Source: an uncultured Actinomycetes bacterium (GTDB lineage Bacteria > Actinomycetota > Thermoleophilia > RBG-16-64-13). From it: a stretch of 64,000 nucleotides of DNA. The notes beneath the pieces are model-generated. The model did not search any database and was not told the origin of the DNA. It worked only from the letters and a program-made list of their open reading frames with translations. Below are positions 27,971 to 38,156 of this stretch, piece by piece (the first letter of the stretch is position 1; each line of letters starts with the position of its first letter). The DNA lies in assembly GCA_963706025.1 (NCBI GenBank), contig CAVPLM010000006.1:1-64000 (forward strand). The letters run 5' to 3'. A program made the translations under genes and the position numbers.

Positions 27971-28966
27971 GTGACGAAGATCGATCTCGAAAACCACTTC
28001 TGCACGCAGGCGTGGATAGATGCCCTCCGCGACAACCCCGGCTATCCCAGGCTCGAGAATGAAGGCGAACGGCTTTCCCCTGAGGTCTGGAGTTCCATGG
28101 CTAAGAAGAGGGAGCTTCTCGACCTGGGCGAGGGTCGTATCGAGCACATGGATGCTGCCGGTATCGATGTCGCCTACCTCTCGTTGACCTCTCCGGGGGT
28201 GGAAGCCTTCGACCCCACGGTGGGGGTGAAGGTCGCGGAGAACGCCAACAACCTCCTGGCCGAGGCGATCGCCCGCTATCCCGACCGCTTCGGCGGTTGG
28301 GCCACCCTCGCGCCCAAGGACGTCGACCACGCTGTGAAGGAGCTCGAGCGCTGCGTCAAGAACCTGGGCTTCAGGGGATGGGACACCCACTCGAACTTCG
28401 GGGATTCCTACCTGGATGACCCGATGTACTGGCCGATCCTGGCCAAGGTGGAAGAGTTGGACGTACCTATCTATCTCCACCCGGCCATACCCATGATCCC
28501 GGAGCTGCGGACCTTTGGGTTTGTCCTGGCGGGCCCCACTTTCGGCTTTGGGGTGGAGGTAGCGTTCGTGTTCATGCGGATGATCGTGCGCGGCGTCTTC
28601 GATCGGTTCCCGAACTTGAAGATCATCATGGGACACTACGGAGAGGCTTTGCCGTTCTTCGTCAACCGGGTCGATTGCGCCTACCGGCAGGGCAAGGGGG
28701 CGCCGAATCCCGAGTTCGGGCCGGGCAGCAAGAAGTGGGCGAGTGAATACATACTCAGCAACCTCTGGGTCACCACGAGTGGCAACTACTATCCGCCGGC
28801 CTACTACTGCTCCCGTGACGGTCTGGGTAGAGACAAGATCTTGCTGGGCTCGGATTTCCCCTACGAGAAGATGGGCACCTGCACGGATTTCATCACCGGC
28901 CTCGACCTATCCGCGGAAGAGCAGGCCCGGGTGTTCGCGACCAACGCCCGGGCCTTGGGCTTCTGA
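27971..28966 (+). CDS. Amidohydrolase_2 family protein, resembling dihydroxybenzoate decarboxylases
   Basis: KIDLENHF, MDAAGID, IYLHP, FDRFPNLKIIMGHYGEALPF, TTSGN, GSDFPYE. Confidence 0.9.
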   Translation: MTKIDLENHFCTQAWIDALRDNPGYPRLENEGERLSPEVWSSMAKKRELLDLGEGRIEHMDAAGIDVAYLSLTSPGVEAFDPTVGVKVAENANNLLAEAIARYPDRFGGWATLAPKDVDHAVKELERCVKNLGFRGWDTHSNFGDSYLDDPMYWPILAKVEELDVPIYLHPAIPMIPELRTFGFVLAGPTFGFGVEVAFVFMRMIVRGVFDRFPNLKIIMGHYGEALPFFVNRVDCAYRQGKGAPNPEFGPGSKKWASEYILSNLWVTTSGNYYPPAYYCSRDGLGRDKILLGSDFPYEKMGTCTDFITGLDLSAEEQARVFATNARALGF

Positions 28967-29035
28967 GCAACAAGGACTCTGGCCTCTCTCTAAGGAGACC
29001 CATCTATCTCGACCACTCGCCTTGTGCGGGATCGG

Positions 29036-30298
29036 TTAGAACGGGGTGATCGTGAGCTCCTGCACGCTGATCGAGACGAAGAACTGCTGGGCGACACCGC
29101 CCGCCTGATCCGCGTAGACGAGCTTCAGATCGGTCGCCCCGGGACCCACCACGTCGAAGGTCCAGACGAGCGCACCCTCAGTCGATCCTGGGCTGACCGG
29201 GACGAAGCGCGGGTCCTCCCGCAAGTCGATGACCGTGTTGTCGTAAGGGTCGAGCTGCCAGATCAGGTTGTCCGAGGTGTCGTCGGGCAAGGCTAGTACC
29301 AAGGCTGTCGCGGTGGTGGGAACCACCTGAATCTGGCCGTTGGCCTTCGGCCCGATGATGACGGTCCCTTCGGGGACATCGATCGGCGGGAAGGGGAGAG
29401 TGGTAGTCGTCGTAGGCGGCTTGGTGGTCGTGGTGGTCGGCGGTTTGGTGGTCGTGGTGGTCGGCGGTTTGGTGGTCGTGGTGGTCGGCGGCTTGGTGGT
29501 TGTCGTAGGCGGCTTGGTAGTCGTCGTAGGCGGTTTGGTGGTCGTGGTGGTCGGCGGCTTGGTGGTCGTCGTCGGCGGCTTAGCCGTTGTGGTGGTCGAG
29601 GCCGCCGTCGTGGTCGTGGACGCTTCGGTGGTCGTGGTTGTGGTCACCTCTGTTGTCGTGGTCGAGCTGGAGGTGGTGGTCGACGAGGCTGTCGTGGTCG
29701 ACTCAGCCACGGTGGTCGTGGTGGACAGCTGGTCTTCGGACACGATGCGGATGGTGCAGCTGAAGGTCCTGTTCACCTTGCCCGTGAAACTGACATTGCT
29801 GGCCTGTACCTGCACGTCCCCTTCGTCGAGGGTGAGCCCGGAGAACGTGTAGATCGCTTCCGGGGTCGGTGCGTACGACACGTAGGAGATCTGGGGTCCG
29901 GGGAATACCTGCACTAGATCGGCGTTGATAGCGTTCACGTCCCAGGCCGACCCGTCCTCCGGGTTCCCAGTGAGCTGCAACAAGACTACCCAGCCTGTCC
30001 CCACTATCACGGTGGAGCCGTTCTGCTTCTCGGTGATCGCCATGGTCGGAGCCGGAAGATTGGGTATTGTCGCCTCTGTGGTGCTCGTCGTCGTATCCGG
30101 AGCGACGGTGTCGTCGTTCGTCGCCCGGCCGATGAAGAAGGCGATCAGGAAGACCGCGATGACACCGATTAACACCCATAGCCACCACAGACGCCGGAAG
30201 ACGCTACTGGAGGGCTTGGACGGTGGCGTTAGATGCGCTCCCCCGGTCGGGGGTCCTGACTGCGCACTCGGTTCGCCCGGCCTAGTCTGTCCTTCCAT
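29036..30298 (-). CDS. Membrane-anchored protein with two chagasin/I42-like domains and a Thr/Pro-rich linker
   Basis: TM helix; ITEKQNGSTV...LTGNPEDGSAW; KANGQ...LALPDDTSDNLIW...PGSTEGALVWTFDVVGPG. Confidence 0.75.
   Translation of the reverse strand: MEGQTRPGEPSAQSGPPTGGAHLTPPSKPSSSVFRRLWWLWVLIGVIAVFLIAFFIGRATNDDTVAPDTTTSTTEATIPNLPAPTMAITEKQNGSTVIVGTGWVVLLQLTGNPEDGSAWDVNAINADLVQVFPGPQISYVSYAPTPEAIYTFSGLTLDEGDVQVQASNVSFTGKVNRTFSCTIRIVSEDQLSTTTTVAESTTTASSTTTSSSTTTTEVTTTTTTEASTTTTAASTTTTAKPPTTTTKPPTTTTTKPPTTTTKPPTTTTKPPTTTTTKPPTTTTTKPPTTTTTKPPTTTTTLPFPPIDVPEGTVIIGPKANGQIQVVPTTATALVLALPDDTSDNLIWQLDPYDNTVIDLREDPRFVPVSPGSTEGALVWTFDVVGPGATDLKLVYADQAGGVAQQFFVSISVQELTITPF
29401..29581 (-). repeat. 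Coding tandem repeat KPPTTTT(T)
   Basis: Eight KPPT(4-6) units of 21-24 bp. Confidence 0.9.
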
Positions 30299-30361
30299 CG
30301 TCACCCTCCTCGTGCCCCCGAAATCGGCGGCCCCGGCTGATTGCACATTTCCGTACCGATT

Positions 30362-31165
30362 CTAGCTCGAAGTCCGTACTCCTGCGGCTGCAGCTGTGAA
30401 ATCCCTGATGGCCTTGGCCACCTCTTCCGGCAAGTCGTAGTGCGCGCCGTGCCCACCGGGAATGGTCAGCACCGTCGTCCCCAAACGGCCCGCAAGCCAG
30501 TTCGCTGCCTCGCCGAAGAAAGGCGGGCTCTCGGCGCCGTACAGCACCGCGATAGGTCTCTGCGCGCTCGCCAACTCCTCGTCTGTGGGTCGGTAGTACT
30601 CGAACACGTCGAATTCGAAATTGATCCAGGTGTCATCAGCCGCTAAGCGACTGCGGTAGCCATCGGAGAAGCCTTCATAGACAACGTCGCCGGTCAGCAT
30701 ACGCAGGAAAGGCACCTTGCCGTTGGCGGTCGCCTCTTTCAGGAAGCCCAGGACCTGCTGATAGTCGCCCATGCCCGCGAAGAGTGGCGGCTCGTGCAGC
30801 ATGGCCTTGCGGATGACCTCCGGGTGCCGCAGGGTGAGGCTGAGTCCGATGATGGCGCCCGAGCTATTGCCCCACACGTCGACAGGAGCCAGGTCCAGAG
30901 CGGCGAGAAGGGCGGCGGCATCGTCGGCCTGCTGTTCGACGGTGGTCCCGTCAAAGTCGGCCGGCCGCGGGCTGCGAGAATAGCCGCGACGGTCGTATGA
31001 GAGGACCTCGAACTCGTCTTGAAGCAGCGCGGCCACCCTCGCGTATTCTTCCGCATCCCCTTCCGCTCCAGGGATCAGGAAGAGCGTGGGCCCCGATCCA
31101 CGAAGCTCGTAGTAGAGGGCAGTGCCGTTGGCTTCGACCGTTCCCGTCTCCACCCGCTTTGCCAT
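30362..31165 (-). CDS. Alpha/beta hydrolase
   Basis: YYELRGSGP, YDRRGYSRS, nucleophile elbow GNSSG, LHEPP, PGGH. Confidence 0.93.
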   Translation of the reverse strand: MAKRVETGTVEANGTALYYELRGSGPTLFLIPGAEGDAEEYARVAALLQDEFEVLSYDRRGYSRSPRPADFDGTTVEQQADDAAALLAALDLAPVDVWGNSSGAIIGLSLTLRHPEVIRKAMLHEPPLFAGMGDYQQVLGFLKEATANGKVPFLRMLTGDVVYEGFSDGYRSRLAADDTWINFEFDVFEYYRPTDEELASAQRPIAVLYGAESPPFFGEAANWLAGRLGTTVLTIPGGHGAHYDLPEEVAKAIRDFTAAAAGVRTSS

Positions 31166-31243
31166 GTCTGCTCCTTCCGCAGTGGTGACCCTTAGCCGCT
31201 CTACTCAATTCAATGACGCCCGTCCCCAGAAGTCAAATCCGAC

Positions 31244-31273
31244 GAAAGGCCTCTCCTCAAGAAAGGCCTCTCC
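31244..31273. repeat. 13-bp direct repeat in the promoter region of the hydrolase
   Basis: GAAAGGCCTCTCC at 31244 and 31261. Confidence 0.6.
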
Positions 31274-31330
31274 CTGTTGTGGTGCGGACCGGCAGTTTCG
31301 CCGGGCGGGTAGCGCGACCTGACCGAAGTG

Positions 31331-32476
31331 TCAGCACCCCTCTTCCAGGTTGTCCAGCAGGCGCAGTGCGAACACCAAGAACGCCCCGGCGATCACCGCC
31401 AGCCCGGTAAGTATGAAGCCCAGGCTGAAGCTATAAGCTTGTCCCATATAGCCCAGAGCGATCGGCAGGAGACCGCCCCCCAGGAGGAATGCGGAAGGGG
31501 GAGCCAATCCCGCGACCAGGCTGCGCAGGTTGGGCTGGACGATCCGTGACAGGGCGGCGAATGCGGGCGGAAAGAAGCAGGCCGAGAAGGCCGAAAGTAC
31601 GAACATGCTCGCGACCAACCAACCCGAGGACGTGCTGGCCACGGCGATGATGGCCAGGCCGGTGACGATCATGAACAACAGTATGGCTCGTTTCTCCCCG
31701 ATCCTGTCGGTGAGCCAGCCTGCGAAGAAGGTGGTGAAGAGCGGAGGGATCATGACCAGACCGAGGAGCGTGTTGGCAGAAGAAGCGGAGAACCCTCGCT
31801 CCTCCGTCAGGTAGAGCGGGATCATGGTGTAGAGACCGGCCTGCGCTCCAATACCCAAAGCAAAGAGTACGACCATGATCCAGAACGATCGCTGACGCAT
31901 TATCCCCCCGAAACGCCTGAGGTTGGGAGGAGTACCGGGAAAGCCTCCGCAGTCCCCCCAGAAGAGGAAGGCGATGCCGGACGCAGCCGCGAAAACCCCC
32001 AGTATCGCCAGTGAGGCCTGCCAGGAGAACGCCGCCAGAAGCGCCACAGCGAGGAACGGTGCGGCAGCATAGCTCAACCGGGGGCCTAGTTGCTGCAGCG
32101 AAAGGGCCTTTCCCCAGTCCTCGCGCCTTACCATCGCCGCCACCGTCGCGACCACCGAGGGTTGATTCAGGCCGGCGCACATCCCGAGGACGATCATTGC
32201 TACGCGGATGAACCAGACGGAGTGCGCGAAGTAGCAGGCCATCAAGGTGGCGCCCGTAACCAAGGCTGCAAAGATCAGGGTACCCCGATGGTTGATACGC
32301 GCCGACATGAAGCCGGACAGCAGCGAGCCGCCAAGAGCTCCGAGGGAAGCGAGGAAGAAGAGCGAACCGGCCTGGCTGGGGCTCAGGCCTACGTCCGCCC
32401 CGATGCTCGGCATCAACGGCGAGAAGATGAACCGGCTGATGAAAGTGAGGAAGAAGAGCAGGGTGACGAAGAGCAC
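31331..32476 (-). CDS. MFS transporter
   Basis: About 12 hydrophobic helices; GWLTDRIGEKR; start may lie slightly upstream. Confidence 0.92.
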   Translation of the reverse strand: MLFVTLLFFLTFISRFIFSPLMPSIGADVGLSPSQAGSLFFLASLGALGGSLLSGFMSARINHRGTLIFAALVTGATLMACYFAHSVWFIRVAMIVLGMCAGLNQPSVVATVAAMVRREDWGKALSLQQLGPRLSYAAAPFLAVALLAAFSWQASLAILGVFAAASGIAFLFWGDCGGFPGTPPNLRRFGGIMRQRSFWIMVVLFALGIGAQAGLYTMIPLYLTEERGFSASSANTLLGLVMIPPLFTTFFAGWLTDRIGEKRAILLFMIVTGLAIIAVASTSSGWLVASMFVLSAFSACFFPPAFAALSRIVQPNLRSLVAGLAPPSAFLLGGGLLPIALGYMGQAYSFSLGFILTGLAVIAGAFLVFALRLLDNLEEGC

Positions 32477-32815
32477 CCTGCCGTAGACGGCCTCGAAGCG
32501 CTGGGGAACGGGGCAGAGCTTGTCCAGAACGCGCCTCCCGCCGGGACGGTGACCTGCCAGGCACGGTGACCTGCCCGCACCGCCACCCGCCGGGCGCGGC
32601 CGACGAGGTGGCCTGGCAGCGTGCTGATCGCGAGCAGGATAGCACCCCCGCGCCTCCCCGTTTCAACTCGCAAAATGCTCTCTGAAAGCCCAACCTCCTC
32701 CCGGGCCTCGAATGCGCGGAGCCTGATTTGGGAAGCACCACATCTGGAACACCTTCTGGCTGCGGCGCTCACAGTGTCGCTGCAAGGTATGTGGTGGAAG
32801 AGAAAGAGGTGAGCC

Positions 32816-33864
32816 ATGACAAGATTCGGCCGCTTGCTCCTACTGGCAACTCTCACGGTCGCCGTATTCGTTCTGTGGGCCTCGGTGGCTCTTGCCCACG
32901 TGCCCCAGCTTCCGGATAGGGGCCCTACCCTTGAGACCGCGACCGTGGTGGACGACCCCGCCACTTCCTGGGTTTTCTACGGCACGAGCGAGAGCCCGGG
33001 CGAAGTGTGGTACTACCGGCTGGACCTTAGCTCGGGGGACCGGCTCTATCTGCAACTCCTGACCCCAGGACCTGAGGGCTTCTGTCCCACCCTGGCTGTC
33101 ATGGGTCCCGGGCTGACGCCCGAAGGTCAGTTGCCCGATTTCGTCGAGACGCCGGCGGAGGCCTTGGGCGAGGAGGTGCCGATCGTGGTCAAGCAGGGCG
33201 ATCTGGGCGAAGCCGAATATGAAGCGTTCACACCGGGTGCCTACTACTATCCGGCAGAGATGGACATGCCGGCGCCGCAGGACGGCACCTACTATGTGGC
33301 CGTCTTTGACGAGGAACTGGCGGGACCGTTCGGCCTGGCGGTAGGCTACGAGGAGAAATGGACACTGCCGGGCTGGATCCGTCTCCCCGCCGACCTGCTG
33401 TCGATCTATGCGTGGGACCGAGGTTGGGCGGTCGCTCTCGCGCCCGGCATCGCGGTGCTTGTCGTAGGGGCAGGGCTGGTCCTATGGAGGCTGCGCGCGG
33501 GACGGAAGAAGCATACCTGTCCGGATGGCTGGCGGTTGCGGCCGGTCTTTTCTGCCTTGCTACCTCCGCTACCGTTCTTACCCAGATGCTGCTGGCAGCC
33601 GGCCGGAGCGGCTTCGACCCGACCATGGCGATCACCGGATTCTTCCTGGTCGCCCCGGCGGTCATCGGAGGACTGCTCATATGGGTGGGTCGGCGCTCCC
33701 GGACTGCCTCGACCGTCGGTACGAGGATCCTGCTACTGGTTCTCGGCCTGGTGGGCCTGGGCTTCTGGGCCGGTTATTTCGTGGGTCCTATCCTCGCGAT
33801 CGCCGCCGCCGCGGCTCCGCCCTACCGGACGCACGTGCCGGAGGGAAGCACCTCGGTCGCTTGA
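32816..33864 (+). CDS. Hypothetical exported/membrane protein (frameshift near 33510)
   Basis: Signal peptide ALA-HVP; YEAFTP; GTYYVAVF; FGLAVGYEE; C-terminal TM helices continue in ORF 33358..33864. Confidence 0.75.
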
Positions 33865-33961
33865 GTTCCGGCAGGCGGGGCGGCCCGTGGGATCCACGGG
33901 CCGCCCCGATCCTGTATCCGGCCGCTCGCACGAGCGAGCGGTGTTCGCGCGAGCGGCGGAC

Positions 33962-34333
33962 TCAGACAGTCTGGAACGCCTTACTCACGATCTTCCATTC
34001 GCCGTCCGCGTTGAGCAAGTGGAAGTAGTTGACGAAGCTCGCTGTTCCGAAGAAGCCGGACTCTTCCACCCGGGCGCTGGCCACCCTGCCCGCCACGTGG
34101 ATCTCGGGGATATCGGCTTTGTAGGGGGCGCCGGTCTCGAGCATCGAAGGGTGGCTGCCTACGTCGGCGAAGAAGGATTCCGGAGTCCCCACGATGAGGT
34201 CATCGCCCAGGTACCCCGCCATGACGGCCTCGGGATGAAACGTGCTTCTAAGGCCCTCCACATCGGCCCGGTAGGTCGCGTCCACATACCGCTCCAGGAC
34301 GGCTCGCACGGCCGCTACGTCTTTCTCCTCCAA
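33962..34333 (-). CDS. NTF2-like (lumazine-binding type) protein
   Basis: YVDA...LRSTFHPEAVM...ASARV...FVNYFHLLNADGEWKIVSKAF. Confidence 0.88.
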   Translation of the reverse strand: MEEKDVAAVRAVLERYVDATYRADVEGLRSTFHPEAVMAGYLGDDLIVGTPESFFADVGSHPSMLETGAPYKADIPEIHVAGRVASARVEESGFFGTASFVNYFHLLNADGEWKIVSKAFQTV

Positions 34334-34434
34334 AGCGTCGCCCCCCTTTGGTCGCCATCAGTCCACCGCGAGAATCATGGCACGCCGACAATTGCGTGTC
34401 GAGGGCGCCCGCACTTCGCCGTGCCGCCCGTTTG

Positions 34435-34474
34435 GGGCTGGGGAGCCGGGCCGACAGGCCCGGCTCCCCAGCCC
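34435..34474. terminator. Perfect 18-bp inverted repeat downstream of the APC permease
   Basis: GGGCTGGGGAGCCGGGCC-GACA-GGCCCGGCTCCCCAGCCC; no U-tract on the coding strand. Confidence 0.65.
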
Positions 34475-34501
34475 TCATGGCCAACCAGTCCCGATCCGGC
34501 T

Positions 34502-35977
34502 CTAGTCGCCGGGGGTCGGTGCAGAACTTGCCTCCAGGGACTCACCGGTCTGGGTCGCATCCTCCTCCACCGCTTCGAGCATGATCCACTTCTTGCCCCG
34601 CCTCGGATACAGGTAGGCATAGTAGTAGATCAGGGCACCGATGGCGGCGCCGATGACGATCACCAGGTCTTTCCACTGGCCCTCGGTCAGCTTGTAGAGC
34701 ATGTAGATGACGCCGACCAGAGACAAACATGGCCAGAAGGGCCACATGGGCATCTTGTAGTGCTCGGGGAGGTTCTTGAACCGAACTCTGACCGCAATCG
34801 ACGAGGCGGCGATGAGGATGTATGTGAAGCCGAGCACTACCCCGGTGAAGGTTATCACGTAGGTCTTTGTGGTGGTTGCGCACAGGATCGCCCCGATGAT
34901 GGCCATCGTCAGGGCCGCCACCCAGGGGGACTTGAAGTTGGGATGTACCTTGGCCAGCCAGGCGCTGATGGGCTCAGGCCAGACTTTGTCGCGCCCGGAG
35001 CCGAACACGATACGGCTCATGAGCACCACGATGGCGAGGCAAGAGTTGAAGATGGCCACGAACACGAGCAGGCTGATCACCGTGTTGACCGTGTCGTTGC
35101 CGAGGGTCGTGAGAATGTACTGCATCGGCGACCCGCCGGGGGCCATGAATTCGGCCAGGTTGGGGGCTCCCAAGATGGCCGCGGTGATGGGGATGATCTC
35201 CACCAGTACCGTGATCAGCAGTGTCCACAGGATCGCGCGGGCGATGTTCTTGCGTGCGCCCTTGGTCTCCTCGGAGAAGACGATGGCGCCGCCGTAGCCG
35301 TTGTAGCAGAAGATGGCGAACACCACCGCACTCATGATCAGGCCGAAGCCCACGCCCGCCGCGGTGCCGGCCTCGTCGAAGATCACCGGATCGATGAGGA
35401 CGCTCCCCGACTGATGCACGTTGGCGAAGCCGAGGATCGTGATGGCGAGGACGGCGACGAGCTCGATGGCCAGGAGCACACCCTGGATAAAGGAGTTGGT
35501 CTTGATCTGTAGGACCGCCAGGCCACCTACCACGAGCATGATGATCGCGGCGATGATCTTCTGCCACATCGGGTCGGCAGCCCCCTCCCAGATAACGGTC
35601 AGGTACTGGCTTGCGCCCAGGGCGATGGAGCTCGGGATGACGATTACCGAGATCAACATGAACACCAGCGATACGAAGCCGAGCGGGCGTCCCAGACATC
35701 TCGAGACGAGTGCCCACTCACCCCCCGTCACCGGGAACGCGGTGCCGGCCTCGGCGTAGGCGAACGCCATCCCGATGCCGATGATGCCGGCGATGATGAA
35801 CGACCAGAACGCTCCCGTGCCCCCCACCCAGAGGGCGATGGGCGCGATGATGAACACCGACGCTGTCGGGGCGACCCCCGATATGGTCATCAGGACGTTG
35901 TGGATGACTTGGAGACCCCTGTCCAACTCCTGTTTGTAGTGCTTTGCTTGCGGTTGCTGACTACCCTGTTCCACCAC
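34502..35977 (-). CDS. APC family amino acid/amine permease
   Basis: AYAEAGTAFPVTGGE, YNGY...FSEET, SRIVFGSGRD, VHPNFKSP; about 12 TM. Confidence 0.95.
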   Translation of the reverse strand: MVEQGSQQPQAKHYKQELDRGLQVIHNVLMTISGVAPTASVFIIAPIALWVGGTGAFWSFIIAGIIGIGMAFAYAEAGTAFPVTGGEWALVSRCLGRPLGFVSLVFMLISVIVIPSSIALGASQYLTVIWEGAADPMWQKIIAAIIMLVVGGLAVLQIKTNSFIQGVLLAIELVAVLAITILGFANVHQSGSVLIDPVIFDEAGTAAGVGFGLIMSAVVFAIFCYNGYGGAIVFSEETKGARKNIARAILWTLLITVLVEIIPITAAILGAPNLAEFMAPGGSPMQYILTTLGNDTVNTVISLLVFVAIFNSCLAIVVLMSRIVFGSGRDKVWPEPISAWLAKVHPNFKSPWVAALTMAIIGAILCATTTKTYVITFTGVVLGFTYILIAASSIAVRVRFKNLPEHYKMPMWPFWPCLSLVGVIYMLYKLTEGQWKDLVIVIGAAIGALIYYYAYLYPRRGKKWIMLEAVEEDATQTGESLEASSAPTPGD

Positions 35978-36104
35978 TCCGGACCTCCCCTAGGTTCGAA
36001 CATATGCAAGCCGTCGACCTAGCTCTGCTCTTCATAGACATCCCCCACCCTTGCTGTCCGACTCATCCTCCGACTCGTTCTGACACCTATGCCTGGGCAG
36101 ACGC

Positions 36105-37295
36105 CTAGGCGAGAGAGATTCTGTATGCCGATATCAACTCACAAACCCGCTCGTGAGGAAGTGCGGGGACCCGGTGATCGTCTTGACCGACCATGTCCTC
36201 GTTCGCGACCAGCACGTTGAGCACCGCCTCCTCGACGGCGAAGACCACCGCCGCGAACAGGGGGTCGCACTCCCCCCAGGGTATCCACGACTGCGATTCG
36301 CGAGCCTCCGGCCTACCCAGGATCGTGGCCGCCCCGGTGGTCACAGAACCCGGGTTTCCGGTGGAGAACGCCAGGAAGATGTCCCCCGAGAAGTGGGAGC
36401 TCGTGGTGCCGGTCCGGGCGAGGCCGAGCGGCACCCTCCGGGCGAGGGCTTTGCATTGGCCGGGAAGCAGAGGGGCGTCGGTAGCAACGATGGTAATGCA
36501 GGAACCTGCACCCGGAGGCATGAGCCAGGAAACATCGTCGAGCGGATCGTCCTCTCGGATATGCACGCCGATAGGCACGCCCGCGATGGTGAGCTCGGGT
36601 CGCCAGCCGAAGTTGGCCTGCATGAAGACGCCCACCGTGTAGGTGGCGCCGCCGAACTCGACCCGACGCGACGCGGTGCCCGATCCCCCCTTGAACCCGT
36701 AGCAGATCATGCCGGTGCCCCCGCCCACCGAGCCCTCGTCGATAGGACCGCTCCGGGCCGCTTCCAGAGCCGCGAATGTGTGGTCGTCGGTCACGTGCTG
36801 CCCGTTGGTGTCGTTGAGGTAGCCATCCCAGGTCTCGGCGACCACCGGCAGGGTCCAGAGCTTGGCGAGGCTGGGGTGACGGGCGGCCAGCCAGCGGCTG
36901 GCTCCCGTGTGGGCCGCGCCGACCGAGTGGGTGTTGGTGATGAGGATGGGGGTGGAAAGGAACCCAGTCTCCTCTATGAGGGTGGTGCCGGTCATCTCTC
37001 CGTTCCCGTTGAACGAGAACCAGCCGGCCTGTACCGGGTCCGCGGTCCCTGCTCTTCCTCTCGGGTGGATGGCAGTCACGCCCGTTCGGATCGGGCCCTG
37101 TCCCTGGACCAGCGGACCTTGTCCCGAGATCAGCGTGGTGTAGCCCACCTCGACCCCAGGCACGTCTGTGATAGCGTTCCACGATCCGGGGGTACCCTGC
37201 AGCGGCAGGCCAAGCCCGCGGGCCCGCGATCGGCCGGACGGGGTGCGGGTCTGCGGATCGGCCGGAAGTGAGGGTGGTGAAGATGGGTCCGTCAT
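36105..37295 (-). CDS. DmpA / P1 (S58) family aminopeptidase
   Basis: RARGLG, NAITDVPGVEVG, NGNGEMTG, TNTHSVG, VVAETWDGYLND, GSVGGGTGM, autoprocessing GS-CI, SGDIFLAFST. Confidence 0.93.
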   Translation of the reverse strand: MTDPSSPPSLPADPQTRTPSGRSRARGLGLPLQGTPGSWNAITDVPGVEVGYTTLISGQGPLVQGQGPIRTGVTAIHPRGRAGTADPVQAGWFSFNGNGEMTGTTLIEETGFLSTPILITNTHSVGAAHTGASRWLAARHPSLAKLWTLPVVAETWDGYLNDTNGQHVTDDHTFAALEAARSGPIDEGSVGGGTGMICYGFKGGSGTASRRVEFGGATYTVGVFMQANFGWRPELTIAGVPIGVHIREDDPLDDVSWLMPPGAGSCITIVATDAPLLPGQCKALARRVPLGLARTGTTSSHFSGDIFLAFSTGNPGSVTTGAATILGRPEARESQSWIPWGECDPLFAAVVFAVEEAVLNVLVANEDMVGQDDHRVPALPHERVCELISAYRISLA

Positions 37296-37392
37296 CGTCG
37301 GCACTCCTCTCGTGCTCGCGAGCGGGCACAGAGCGGCAACGACGGGCGGACCCTCACGCTCGTCAGACTCCCTGTGACCGCGTGACGGCCCC

Positions 37393-37417
37393 ATAGTTGC
37401 AGAATCAGTACAAAGAA
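37393..37417 (-). promoter_or_regulatory. Candidate TetR operator, copy 1
   Basis: TTCTTTGTAC-TGATTC-TGCAACTAT; matches 38157..38181. Confidence 0.6.
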
Positions 37418-37485
37418 TCAAGAGCGTCTTTTTACGCTCTATCAAAGAAGAATGTGCGAATACCCGGCGTCCGAGCCGCGAATCC

Positions 37486-38091
37486 TTACTCGGGCAGGTC
37501 CACTCCGGTGGCCAAGCGGGCGTAGGCAAGTACCATGCGTTTGCCCTCGGTGTGGTCTAAAGTGGGGTCGTTCTGGACCATGCGGATCCCGCAGATATCC
37601 TCGAGCGCGACCAGAGTCTGGGCGATCCTGGGCACCTCATCGTTCAGCTGGAACGCCCCGGTCGCCGCTCCCAACTCCAAGATGCTCTCGTAGAGGAGTT
37701 CCTGTTGTTTGTGGAGCGTGGTCATGAGGACCGAGAACAGTTCGCTCTCCCCGGCCAGGCGCCCTCCTTCCCAGAGCAGCCGGGTCTCCATGTCGTCCGG
37801 CCCCAAGGCCACTCCAGAATCGATGGTGGCCACCAGTCTCTCGACAGGATCCTCGATCGCACGGGCTTGGGCCATCCGCTCGGTGAAGAAGCGCTCGATG
37901 GCTTTGCGGTGGGCCTCACGCAGGAGCTCTTCCACGTCATTGAAGTAGTAGCGCACCGTGTTCGGCGACACTCCGGCCTCGAGAGCCACGTGCTCGACCC
38001 GTACGCCGGCCGCTCCGTGCTCGGCTATGGCCCGTTGGGCCGCCTCGGTGAGTTGCGCTCTTCTGGCTGTCTGGTTCTTCGTACGTGCCAT
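37486..38091 (-). CDS. TetR/BetI-like transcriptional regulator
   Basis: RRAQLTEAA...VALEAGVSPNTVRYYF HTH. Confidence 0.93.
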   Translation of the reverse strand: MARTKNQTARRAQLTEAAQRAIAEHGAAGVRVEHVALEAGVSPNTVRYYFNDVEELLREAHRKAIERFFTERMAQARAIEDPVERLVATIDSGVALGPDDMETRLLWEGGRLAGESELFSVLMTTLHKQQELLYESILELGAATGAFQLNDEVPRIAQTLVALEDICGIRMVQNDPTLDHTEGKRMVLAYARLATGVDLPE

Positions 38092-38156
38092 GTTCGCTCG
38101 ATAGCTCCTCGCTTCAGAGCCGAACCCATCGCTAGGTTCGGGACTCCGGAACCTGT

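Noticed and set aside
32816-35512. 898-aa ORF as a single large protein
   Set aside because: A frameshift near 33510 sends it into the antisense of the NTF2-like and APC genes; the real gene ends at 33864
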